Shown here: one piece after another, positions 28,545-36,785 of the stretch | How positions within the stretch are numbered: position 1 is the first letter of the stretch | Layout of the letters: every line of letters starts with the position of its first letter | DNA from: Nitrospirota bacterium | GTDB lineage: Bacteria > Nitrospirota > UBA9217 | Direction: 5' to 3' | Assembly: GCA_029858565.1 (NCBI GenBank) | Contig: JAOUEV010000001.1 | Span: 128,001-192,000, forward strand | DNA length: 64,000 nucleotides | Position numbers and translations under genes: made by a program | Notes under the pieces: generated by a model | The model's database searches: none | Seen by the model: only the letters and a program-made list of their open reading frames with translations | Told to the model about the DNA's origin: nothing

Positions 28545-30125
28545 ATGGAAAAAAGGGACAATGGCGCCATGTTGATCGGGTCATTGAAGCGGGCGGTCGC
28601 CCAGATGGTCATGCCGCGCATTGACGGCGAAAAGCTTGCAGATGCCGCGTATCGGGGAGAGATACATAAGCTTGCCGAGGAAGGTATCGGCGGGTTCATT
28701 CTCTTTGGCGGAGACATCAAAAGCACGCCTGCCTACCTTGCGGAGCTGCAGGCCAAGGCGGAGCACCGCTTGCTCATCTCCTCGGATGTGGAGCGGGGGC
28801 TTGGGCAGCAGCTTGCCGGCGGGACCCGGTTTCCCAGCCAGCGGGCCGTGTCAGCGGCGATCGACCGGCGGTCGAAAAAGGACAGCGATCTCCTGAACCG
28901 CATGCTCGACGCGGTCAGGACGGAGTCCCGGGCAGCGGGGATCCATATCGTGTTCTCGCCGGTCATGGATGTGAACAACAATCCCGACAATCCCATTATC
29001 TGCACCCGCGCCTTTGGCGATGATCCGCAGACCGTGGAGTGGTTCGGCAAGCAGTATATCCGGAGGCTCCAGAAGCCCCGTTCCAACGGTGACCTCGACC
29101 TTCTTGCCTGCGCCAAGCATTTTCCCGGCCACGGGGACACGGACCAGGATTCTCACTCCGTTCTTCCGGTGATCCGCGCGGACAAGGCAAGGCTGAACCG
29201 GGTGGAGCTGCCGCCGTTCCGCGAGGCGGTCAAGGACGGCGTGGGTACGGTGATGATCGCCCACCTCTTGGTGCCGGCGCTCGATCCGACAAAACCGGTG
29301 ACCTTCTCGAAAAAGGTGGTGACCGCGCTGCTTCGCGAAGGCATGGCCTTCGAAGGGCTCATCGTATCCGACGCGCTGGACATGGGAGCCCTGGCGAACG
29401 AATATCCCCAGGGCGAGATCGCGATCCGCGCTGTAGAGGCCGGTATGGACATCCTGCTTCATCCCGTGGACGCCCGAGTGACCGTGGAAGCGGTCGTGCG
29501 TGCCGTGGAGCAGGGAAGGCTCACCCAGGAGCGAATCCAGGAATCCGTGGACCGGATCATGGGGATGAAGAAGAAACTGGGGATCTTGAATGATGCTGCA
29601 CCAGTGAATGCGAAGCTCGACTATGAAAAACACCGCAAGATAGCGCAGGAGATCTCCCGCAGGGCGGTCACCGTGGTGCGGGGGAGCAAAGGGATGCTTC
29701 CCCTTGATGCTGATAAAGGCGCGGCATGCTTCATCCTGGATGACGATTCCCAGGGCAGAGGCGAAGCATTCCAGCAGGAACTGATGGCGCGATTCGTCGA
29801 CGCGACAGTGACCACGCTTACCCCGGACGCATGTGAAGCCGCTTTGTCATCCCATCTGGATATCAGCAGAGCCGGCGCTGCGGTGATCGCCATATTCTCC
29901 CGCATATCCGCTTCCAAGGGCAGGTCCGGCATCTCGCCGAAGCTTCGGGACGCGGCAATCGAGCTGCTGAAGCGCGCGAAAGCCGCGGGAAAGCCATCGG
30001 TGGTCATTTCATTCGACAGCCCTTATATTCTGGACCAGTTCAAGGACGCTGGCCTGCATATCGCCTGCTATGACCGGATGGACGAGATACAGAGGGCGGC
30101 AGCAGAGAAACTAGTAAAGGGCTAA
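28545..30125 (+). CDS. GH3 beta-N-acetylhexosaminidase (NagZ-like)
   Basis: SDVERG, KHFPGHGDTDQDSH, SDALDMGA. Confidence 0.9.
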   Translation: MEKRDNGAMLIGSLKRAVAQMVMPRIDGEKLADAAYRGEIHKLAEEGIGGFILFGGDIKSTPAYLAELQAKAEHRLLISSDVERGLGQQLAGGTRFPSQRAVSAAIDRRSKKDSDLLNRMLDAVRTESRAAGIHIVFSPVMDVNNNPDNPIICTRAFGDDPQTVEWFGKQYIRRLQKPRSNGDLDLLACAKHFPGHGDTDQDSHSVLPVIRADKARLNRVELPPFREAVKDGVGTVMIAHLLVPALDPTKPVTFSKKVVTALLREGMAFEGLIVSDALDMGALANEYPQGEIAIRAVEAGMDILLHPVDARVTVEAVVRAVEQGRLTQERIQESVDRIMGMKKKLGILNDAAPVNAKLDYEKHRKIAQEISRRAVTVVRGSKGMLPLDADKGAACFILDDDSQGRGEAFQQELMARFVDATVTTLTPDACEAALSSHLDISRAGAAVIAIFSRISASKGRSGISPKLRDAAIELLKRAKAAGKPSVVISFDSPYILDQFKDAGLHIACYDRMDEIQRAAAEKLVKG

Positions 30126-30217
30126 GAAGAACAAAGAAGGGCTAGAGGGGTAATGGGCTAGGGTCAGGAGTAAGGCGTAAGGGGTAAGTAACCTCCAAAG
30201 AGACGCAAGCTGTGTCC

Positions 30218-30243
30218 GTCATTCCCGCGCAGGCGGGAATCCA
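30218..30243. repeat. ATTCCC-N8-GGGAAT palindromic repeat
   Basis: GTCATTCCCGCGCAGGCGGGAATCCA. Confidence 0.75.
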
Positions 30244-30323
30244 GGTTCTGTGCTTTTCTCTGCGCCTCCGCGTCTCTGCGCGAGATGCTTTGGTTTTGAG
30301 TCAGCGATTATGCTCTCTATCAC

Positions 30324-30974
30324 ATGGCAACGATACTAATTATCTTCCTCTTCTTCGCGCTTATCCACAGCATCACGGTCTCCCATCGATTCAAGAACCT
30401 CTGCAAACAGCTTTTCGGGGAAAAGTTCCTGCGAGTCTGGTACCGGTTCCTGTATACCTCGGTGAGCGGGTTGACCGCAGCCATAGCAGTGTGCCTGATA
30501 GCCCAGGCGCCGGACCGTCATCTCTGGACAGCTCCGTCATGGCTCCGCTGGACCATGCACGGGATACAGATCGCAGGTTTTGTTTTCGGCGCAAAAGCCT
30601 TTGACTATCTGGACAAGTGGGAGTTCTTGGGGTTCCGCCAGGTGTTGCGGTATCTCCGGTCCGGCGAGGTCAGCGGAAATGTCGAAGGCCTGACCGACAG
30701 GGAATTGGCCACTACGGGAGTCTACGGCATCGTGCGTCATCCGCTCTATGTGGCGGGCATTGTGATATTCACGTTCAGCCCTGTCATTACCGTGAATGGA
30801 CTCCTGATCACCGTCCTGGCGGACCTGTATTTCCTCTTCGGTATGTTTATCGAAGAAAAACGCTTCCTTCGCATCTTTGGCGACCGGTATCGGGAATATA
30901 TGCTGAGAGTTCCAAGGATGCTGCCCCGGCTAAGAAAGAATGCGGAGAAGGAACACCCCCGTACCTCTGCCTGA
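30324..30974 (+). CDS. Isoprenylcysteine carboxylmethyltransferase/NnrU-like membrane protein
   Basis: FALIHS, YRFLY, GVYGIVRHPLY, EEKRF...FG..Y..Y...VPR. Confidence 0.85.
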   Translation: MATILIIFLFFALIHSITVSHRFKNLCKQLFGEKFLRVWYRFLYTSVSGLTAAIAVCLIAQAPDRHLWTAPSWLRWTMHGIQIAGFVFGAKAFDYLDKWEFLGFRQVLRYLRSGEVSGNVEGLTDRELATTGVYGIVRHPLYVAGIVIFTFSPVITVNGLLITVLADLYFLFGMFIEEKRFLRIFGDRYREYMLRVPRMLPRLRKNAEKEHPRTSA

Positions 30975-31070
30975 GATTATCCGTGGCTTCTGATTTCCCT
31001 TCGCAGTGACCGCTATCCATGATCAGCAACCTCATTTGACCTCCAATGACATGTTGACCTGATCTTTCCG

Positions 31071-31102
31071 TTGACTTTCGTTATTCCCTCAGATATATTA
31101 CG
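31071..31102 (+). promoter_or_regulatory. sigma70 promoter overlapped by a ModE-type operator
   Basis: TTGACT-17-TATATT; CGTTATtcc-N6-TATATtACG (31079-31102) resembles the ModE consensus CGTTATATA-N6-TATATAACG. Confidence 0.7.
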
Positions 31103-31106
31103 CTTA

Positions 31107-31526
31107 ATGCCGAACAAAGATCACGGGAATAAGACGAAGAGAGTTCATGAACCCGGAGTACATGGCCGGATCTGGATCGACGGTCCCGACGGAGTATTCA
31201 TCGGTCATGGTCGGGTGGTCCTGCTCGAACGGATCCGGGAACATGGCTCCATCACCCAGGCCGCCAAGTCCATGGAAATGGCCTATCGCCATGCCTGGGA
31301 CCTGGTGGACTCCATGAACCGCCAGGCCGTGGAACCCTTTGTCGTGGTCGCCACCGGCGGCAGGGGCGGCGGCGGGGCGCAGGTCACCGAAGCGGGTGAA
31401 AAGGCGATCAAACTGTTCTGGAAGCTCCAGGAGGATTTCCGGAAGTTCCTGGAAAAGGAGCAGAGAGCGCTGTTGAAGAAATACCTCGTTCCTATAGACG
31501 GAAAGAAGAAGCAAAAGAAATGGTAA
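31107..31526 (+). CDS. modE: ModE-family wHTH regulator (no molybdate-binding TOBE domains)
   Basis: GHGRVVLLERI...GSITQAAKSMEMAYRHAW...GGRGGGGA. Confidence 0.88.
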   Translation: MPNKDHGNKTKRVHEPGVHGRIWIDGPDGVFIGHGRVVLLERIREHGSITQAAKSMEMAYRHAWDLVDSMNRQAVEPFVVVATGGRGGGGAQVTEAGEKAIKLFWKLQEDFRKFLEKEQRALLKKYLVPIDGKKKQKKW

Positions 31527-31686
31527 TCACCTGTTCCGGTTTCGCCGGGACACACAGGCGAAGTCAAAGTCGGGGCTGGATTGAAAGTTTGGAAGGATTA
31601 TCGTTCTGGTTATTCTCCGTGTCCTCCGTGGCTCCGTGGTAAATAACCGATCTTGCTTTGTATTGATCTTCTGCAGAGGGACCTGC

Positions 31687-32496
31687 ATGAAATGGGTCAC
31701 GACCTTCGCTTTTGCGGTGATGCTCATCAGTACGGCTGCGTTCGCCGAAACGCGCGTCAAGATGGCATCGACCACGAGCACGGAAAATTCAGGGCTCTTC
31801 AACTACATACTTCCGCTCTTTGAGAAAAAGACGGGCATCAAGATCGACGTGGTTGCCGTGGGTACCGGCGCGGCGATCGAGATCGGCAGGCGCGGGGACG
31901 CAGACCTGGTGTTCGTGCATGCGAAAGAGCAGGAGCTGCAGGCGGTGAAAGAAGGCTACTTCGTGAACCGGCACGATGTGATGTACAACGATTTCATTCT
32001 CCTCGGACCGCCCAAGGACCCCGCTAAGGTAAAGGGCAGGACGACCGCAATTGACGCTTTTCAGGCCATCGCTGCTTCAGGCGCACGTTTCGTATCCCGG
32101 GGAGATCGGTCGGGCACGCACACGAAGGAGCTTGCTCTCTGGAAAGCCGCTGCCGTCGACCCCGCGGGCGCAGGGTGGTATCGCGAAGCAGGGCAGGGGA
32201 TGGAAAAGACCATGCGCATCGCTGATGAACTCGGAGCCTATACCCTTGCGGACCGCGGAACCTGGCTTGCCGTCAAGGACAAGGACAAGCTGGACCTGAA
32301 GATGCTTTTTGAGGGAGATCCTCCGCTGTTCAACCAATACGGCGTCATGGCCGTGAACCCCGAGAAGAGCAGGGGCGTCAACTACAAAGAGGCCATGGCG
32401 TTCGTGAACTGGATCATATCCAGGGAAGGGCAGGCGGCGATCGCGGCGTTCAGGGACAAGAGCGGCAATCCGCTCTTCATCCCGAACGCAAAATAG
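31687..32496 (+). CDS. tupA: Tungstate ABC transporter substrate-binding protein
   Basis: Signal peptide; ASTTSTENSGL, VGTG, MYNDF, SRGDRSGTH, NQYGV. Confidence 0.92.
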   Translation: MKWVTTFAFAVMLISTAAFAETRVKMASTTSTENSGLFNYILPLFEKKTGIKIDVVAVGTGAAIEIGRRGDADLVFVHAKEQELQAVKEGYFVNRHDVMYNDFILLGPPKDPAKVKGRTTAIDAFQAIAASGARFVSRGDRSGTHTKELALWKAAAVDPAGAGWYREAGQGMEKTMRIADELGAYTLADRGTWLAVKDKDKLDLKMLFEGDPPLFNQYGVMAVNPEKSRGVNYKEAMAFVNWIISREGQAAIAAFRDKSGNPLFIPNAK

Positions 32497-32508
32497 TTCG
32501 TCAACTCC

Positions 32509-32578
32509 GGCGCGGGCCGGTGCGGAGCAAGGAATGATACCCCCAGTATCCCTCGCCGGTCCGGTCCGCGCCTTTTTT
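32509..32578 (+). terminator. Terminator-like hairpin after tupA
   Basis: GGCGCGGGCCGG...CCGGTCCGCGCC followed by TTTTTT. Confidence 0.6.
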
Positions 32579-32746
32579 GAAGTGAAAAACAAATCGTGTG
32601 AATACCTGATGCAACCACGGGTCACGGCTGCTTCGTGACAGAGGGACGGACTCAAAACCCTGCAGCTGGCTCCATCTGTGTGCGGCGAAGCCGCCCGTGG
32701 TTAAAAGGCCGTTCAAGGTTCTTTCCGGAAAACGCAGCAAGCATCT

Positions 32747-33451
32747 ATGGATCTATTTCTCCAGGCAATATCCCATGCCTTCAGCCTGATCGTGCATCTC
32801 GATCCGGTCCTTACGGGGATCATCGTCCTTTCCCTGAAAGTGTCCGGCTACGCACTGATCATAGCGACCGTACTCGGTCTTCCCGCAGGCGCCTTTCTCG
32901 GGTTGAAACGGTTTCCGGCACGTGACCTGGCGATCAGCACGATCAATACATTCATGGGCCTGCCGCCGGTGGTGGTCGGCCTCTTTCTGTACCTTCTTTT
33001 GTCCCGAAAAGGCCCTCTTGGATTCATGGGACTGCTCTATTCGCCGTCTGCAATGATCATTGCCCAGACGGTCCTGGCGGTCCCCATCGTTACGGCGCTG
33101 TGTCACTCAGCGATCATGAGCGTTGATCCGATCATTCGACAGGCTGCGCGGACCCTCGGCGCCACGGACACCCAGGAGACCCTGGCCGTGATCCGGGAGG
33201 CGCGATACGGGATCCTGTCGGCCCTTCTTGCCGCTTTCGGAAGGGTCATGGCCGAGGTGGGCGCGATCCTGATCGTCGGCGGCAACATCGCGGGATACAC
33301 ACGCGTTATGACCACTACCATTGCGCTCGAGACGGACAAGGGCAACTTCGAACTTGCTCTCGCCCTCGGCATCATACTGCTCGCCATATCGTTCCTCGTG
33401 AACGCAGCTCTCCACTTTGTCCGGAAAAAAGGGATGGTCCACACCTCATGA
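32747..33451 (+). CDS. tupB: Tungstate ABC transporter permease
   Basis: MGLPPVVVGL, AFGRVMAEVGA..IVGGNI...TRVMTT. Confidence 0.92.
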   Translation: MDLFLQAISHAFSLIVHLDPVLTGIIVLSLKVSGYALIIATVLGLPAGAFLGLKRFPARDLAISTINTFMGLPPVVVGLFLYLLLSRKGPLGFMGLLYSPSAMIIAQTVLAVPIVTALCHSAIMSVDPIIRQAARTLGATDTQETLAVIREARYGILSALLAAFGRVMAEVGAILIVGGNIAGYTRVMTTTIALETDKGNFELALALGIILLAISFLVNAALHFVRKKGMVHTS

Positions 33452-34095
33452 GGCTGATCGCCAGGCATATCAGGAAGGACTACGGCGGCAGGACCGTGCT
33501 GAAGGACTGCTCCTATGAGTTTGATGCGCACGCTGTCTACGCGCTCATGGGGCCGAACGGCTGCGGCAAGTCGACCTTCCTGCGGATCTGCTCCCTGCTC
33601 GAACGGCCTGACTCCGGAGACGCGCTTTTCTCGGACGGGGCGACGATGCTTCTGCCGGACCTGTCGCTGAGACGACGCATCACGCTGGTGCTCGCGCGGA
33701 CCGGGGTATTCAACACGACGGTCTACCGGAACGCGGCCTACGGACTGTCGATACGGGGGGCGGGGAAGGCAGAAATCGCGCGGAAGGTCAAAGAGGCGCT
33801 CAACTTTGTCGGCCTGGGCCACAAGATCGATCAGCACGCGCGAACTCTTTCAAGCGGGGAGACCCAGCGCCTGGGCATTGCCCGTGCCCTTGCCGTCGAG
33901 CCGGAGATACTCTTCCTTGATGAGCCCACCGCGTCGGTGGACCAGGAGAACACCGAGATCATCGAGTCGCTCATCATGAAGATGAGGACTGACGGAAAGA
34001 CCATGGTCATCATGACGACCCATGACCGCGACCAGGCTGATCGATTGGCTGACCAGGTTCTTGTGATCAGGGACGGGAGTATCACTCGTCATTAA
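33448..34095 (+). CDS. tupC: Tungstate ABC transporter ATP-binding protein
   Basis: GPNGCGKST, LSSGETQR, FLDEPTA; ATGA overlap with tupB. Confidence 0.88.
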   Translation: MRLIARHIRKDYGGRTVLKDCSYEFDAHAVYALMGPNGCGKSTFLRICSLLERPDSGDALFSDGATMLLPDLSLRRRITLVLARTGVFNTTVYRNAAYGLSIRGAGKAEIARKVKEALNFVGLGHKIDQHARTLSSGETQRLGIARALAVEPEILFLDEPTASVDQENTEIIESLIMKMRTDGKTMVIMTTHDRDQADRLADQVLVIRDGSITRH

Positions 34096-34198
34096 CATAG
34101 GGTTTGTCTTTCTGTTTACGGTCAAGGCCGGGAGATACCAGAAAACGGAAGTTGTGAGTGCTATACTTTGATCAGGGGGCTGATCGGAGGACAGCTAC

Positions 34199-34534
34199 AT
34201 GGAGAGCATTCACCGTGCTGTGGAGGTCGTTTCCCTGGGCGTCAGCATTATCGGGGCCGTGGTCACGATCTGGGGCGTTATTGAAGCTGTCGTTGGCTTC
34301 CTTTCCCTGAAGTTCTCCCGTGCGGGCAAGGACGAGATCGCCATGAGCGAGTTCCTGCGCCAGAAGCTCGGCGCCCATCTGCTGCTCGGGCTGGAGATCT
34401 TTATCGCCGCGGACGTGATCAGTTCCGTGGTCAGTCCCACCTGGAACAAGGTCGGCCTGCTTGCAGCCATCGTGGCGATCAGGACGGTGCTCAGCTATTT
34501 CCTCAGGATGGAAGTGCGCCAGACGCGGCAGTAG
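34199..34534 (+). CDS. DUF1622-like membrane protein
   Basis: R..LG..LLLGLEIFIAADVI...IRTVLSYFL pattern. Confidence 0.8.
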   Translation: MESIHRAVEVVSLGVSIIGAVVTIWGVIEAVVGFLSLKFSRAGKDEIAMSEFLRQKLGAHLLLGLEIFIAADVISSVVSPTWNKVGLLAAIVAIRTVLSYFLRMEVRQTRQ

Positions 34535-34580
34535 GCGTTTTTAAGCTAGATTCAGAGAGAGGTGATGTACTGGGTGCTTT

Positions 34581-35126
34581 CTAGTCCGCAGAAAGGGCGG
34601 CGATGTAGGGCAGGTTCCGGTATTTCTCGGCAAAGTCCATTCCGTATCCCACCACGAACCGGTCGGGTATCTCGAAGCCCACATAGTCCAGTTGCACATC
34701 AATGGTCCTGCGGGTGCGTTTGTCGAGCAGCACAGCGGTCCTGATGCTCGCGGGGCGACGCTTCCGATAATGTTTCTGTAAATAAGCCAGGGTCCTGCCG
34801 CTGTCCACGATCGTGTCCACGATCAGCACATGCTTATCCATGATATCGATGTCGATAGCCCGGGATATCGCGACGTCCCCGGAAGAGGTCGTTGCGGTTC
34901 CGTAGCTTGCCGCGTTCACAAAGGCGAGGCGGGAATGAATGGTAAGCGACCTCGCCAGGTCCGCCGCGAAGATCGCCGCGGCTTTGAGCACGCATAGCAC
35001 GATGATCTCCTTGCCCAGGTAGTCCCGTGATATCCGGCCTGCAAGGTCGGCGACCTTCTCCTGAATAACTCCCTCATCGTACAGCGGTTCCAGGTCTTCG
35101 TACACGAGGCCTCCGGTGCCGTTCAT
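34581..35126 (-). CDS. hpt: Hypoxanthine phosphoribosyltransferase
   Basis: ASYG..TTSSG, VLIVDTIVDSGRTL, LLDK, FVVGYGMD..EKYRNLP. Confidence 0.88.
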   Translation of the reverse strand: MNGTGGLVYEDLEPLYDEGVIQEKVADLAGRISRDYLGKEIIVLCVLKAAAIFAADLARSLTIHSRLAFVNAASYGTATTSSGDVAISRAIDIDIMDKHVLIVDTIVDSGRTLAYLQKHYRKRRPASIRTAVLLDKRTRRTIDVQLDYVGFEIPDRFVVGYGMDFAEKYRNLPYIAALSAD

Positions 35127-35471
35127 GCTTTTGGCTTCTTTGCCAAGAATACCCCCTGTTGATAATCTTGTAAAGAGAGAAGGTGATAGCAATGAAGAAC
35201 AAGATGTCGCTGGTCATCTCGAAGCAGACTTGCGTTGTAAATTGCTCCAATGGTGCGTGTTCAATGATCTGATCGTTCTGGTATTTTGCCATGGACAGCA
35301 AGTCGTGAGAACGGAACGGGCTGCGCGCATCCGCGAGAGAGCGCTGGAACACTCGGGTCACCAAATAAAATAGGATTGGCAAAATAATGTAGACATTCGG
35401 CATCTAAAGGGCTATAGTGTTGCCATGTGATCGGATAGCTTATTTGTCGATTCGCATAGGGAGGCATCACC

Positions 35472-36047
35472 ATGGCAACGAAAAGGTTTTTGGTTCTAGT
35501 TCTGGTATGTGTTGCAGCAGTAGCGATAGGTGGCTGTGGTTCGAGCAGTACCTCGTCCGGACCGCAGGCATATACTCAGGACACGCTTGATTCTGATACT
35601 GTGTGGGCAGTCAATACCGGAATGGTAAGCATCTATAACAACAACCTCGCTGGCAAGCCTACGGGGTCGCAAAATATGCCTAATAAAAACTGCGCACTTG
35701 GCGGGACAGTATCAATCACAGGCACCACGACATATGATTCGATTCATGGGATCACAACAGTTGACCTGACCTATGCACTTTCGAATTGCAGGTTTACCAG
35801 CGCAAGCGGATCGCTCTCGGTCACACTCACAATGAACGGCACCATGACGCACAGCGGATTTTTCAGCTCCAGCAGCAAGGATGAGATCTTTTCATCTAAC
35901 GGAGCAAATGTGAGCATTGTAGGAACTGCTGAGAGGACGGGCTATATTGATGGGACGATCAACGAGAATTGCACTTATTATGCTCAGTCAAAGACCAGTT
36001 CTGTGACCGGGTCGATCTGCGGCAGGGATGTTTCCTGGACCTATTAG
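35472..36047 (+). CDS. Hypothetical lipoprotein
   Basis: RBS GGAGG; lipobox IGG-C; Ser/Thr-rich beta-type body; lower GC than neighbours. Confidence 0.75.
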   Translation: MATKRFLVLVLVCVAAVAIGGCGSSSTSSGPQAYTQDTLDSDTVWAVNTGMVSIYNNNLAGKPTGSQNMPNKNCALGGTVSITGTTTYDSIHGITTVDLTYALSNCRFTSASGSLSVTLTMNGTMTHSGFFSSSSKDEIFSSNGANVSIVGTAERTGYIDGTINENCTYYAQSKTSSVTGSICGRDVSWTY

Positions 36048-36075
36048 ACTGCTACGTAAAATTACATGTTTGGAG

Positions 36076-36106
36076 AAGCCGCCGAAATCCTGTTCGGCGG
36101 CTTTTT
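36076..36106 (+). terminator. Rho-independent terminator
   Basis: AAGCCGCCGAA-ATCCTG-TTCGGCGGCTT followed by TTT. Confidence 0.75.
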
Positions 36107-36785
36107 AATTTGCCGCGGGAGCGGCTGCCGGTCGGGGAAGGACCGCACCTGGTTGCTGCTGCGGTGCAGTATACACGAACTTCCACTCGTTGTACTTGGT
36201 CTTTCCCTCGAATTCCCTGTTCTCGTCCGGGAAGTCCGCCTGCTTGAACGGTTCCTTGTCACTTGAACTGTATACGCCGATGAGCCTGTTCCCCTTGGTC
36301 TGATCGCGCAGCAGCTCGAAATCCTCGCCGGTGATGGGGTCCTTGTACTTCTGCCGGAGATGGCGTTTTCCCCGTGCCGTACGCCCGTCGCTCAGCAGGT
36401 CATCGATGTTCCGAGGATACTCGAGCCTGCCCGGGATGGCCGTAGTGTAACGCTCGATGGCCAACCGGTACTGGTTGCCCCGGAACAGCAGTTCCTCCTC
36501 TTTTTCCCTTGCCATGACCGCCTGCCAGTACTTTCCCGCCGCGCCCATTGAGATGCCGATGATGACAATTGCCGCAAGCAGCGCGATGTAGGTGAAACCG
36601 GAAGAAGTGCGGAGTGCGGAGTGCGGAGTGCGGAATAAGAAACGGCGGATCTGGTGAGGAACATCCGGCCGGGGGATGTGGTGTTGATTTTTCTCCTCGT
36701 CGCAGGTGACGAAGCGAAGGGTCACGTGCTCCGGCGCGTCATTCACTTCGCACTTCGCACTCCGCACTCCGCACTGCGTCTTCAT
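36105..36785 (-). CDS. Type II secretion pseudopilin-like protein with repeat-derived long leader
   Basis: G|FTYIALL prepilin site; REKEEELLFRG, HLRQKYKDPITG; ATGA overlap with upstream gene stop. Confidence 0.85.
   Translation of the reverse strand: MKTQCGVRSAKCEVNDAPEHVTLRFVTCDEEKNQHHIPRPDVPHQIRRFLFRTPHSALRTSSGFTYIALLAAIVIIGISMGAAGKYWQAVMAREKEEELLFRGNQYRLAIERYTTAIPGRLEYPRNIDDLLSDGRTARGKRHLRQKYKDPITGEDFELLRDQTKGNRLIGVYSSSDKEPFKQADFPDENREFEGKTKYNEWKFVYTAPQQQPGAVLPRPAAAPAAN
36606..36775. repeat. Heptamer inverted-repeat element inside the prepilin leader
   Basis: (AGTGCGG)x4 at 36606-36633; CACTTCG CACTTCG CACTCCG CACTCCG at 36744-36771. Confidence 0.9.

Noticed and set aside
32599-32715. 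Hammerhead/twister ribozyme or Moco riboswitch call
   Set aside because: CTGATGC is not the CUGANGA core, and the other conserved nucleotides could not be matched by eye. Kept only as an unidentified structure.
35074-35403. 109-aa minus-strand ORF upstream of hpt
   Set aside because: Overlaps hpt out of frame, with no clear RBS or motif. It cannot be supported.
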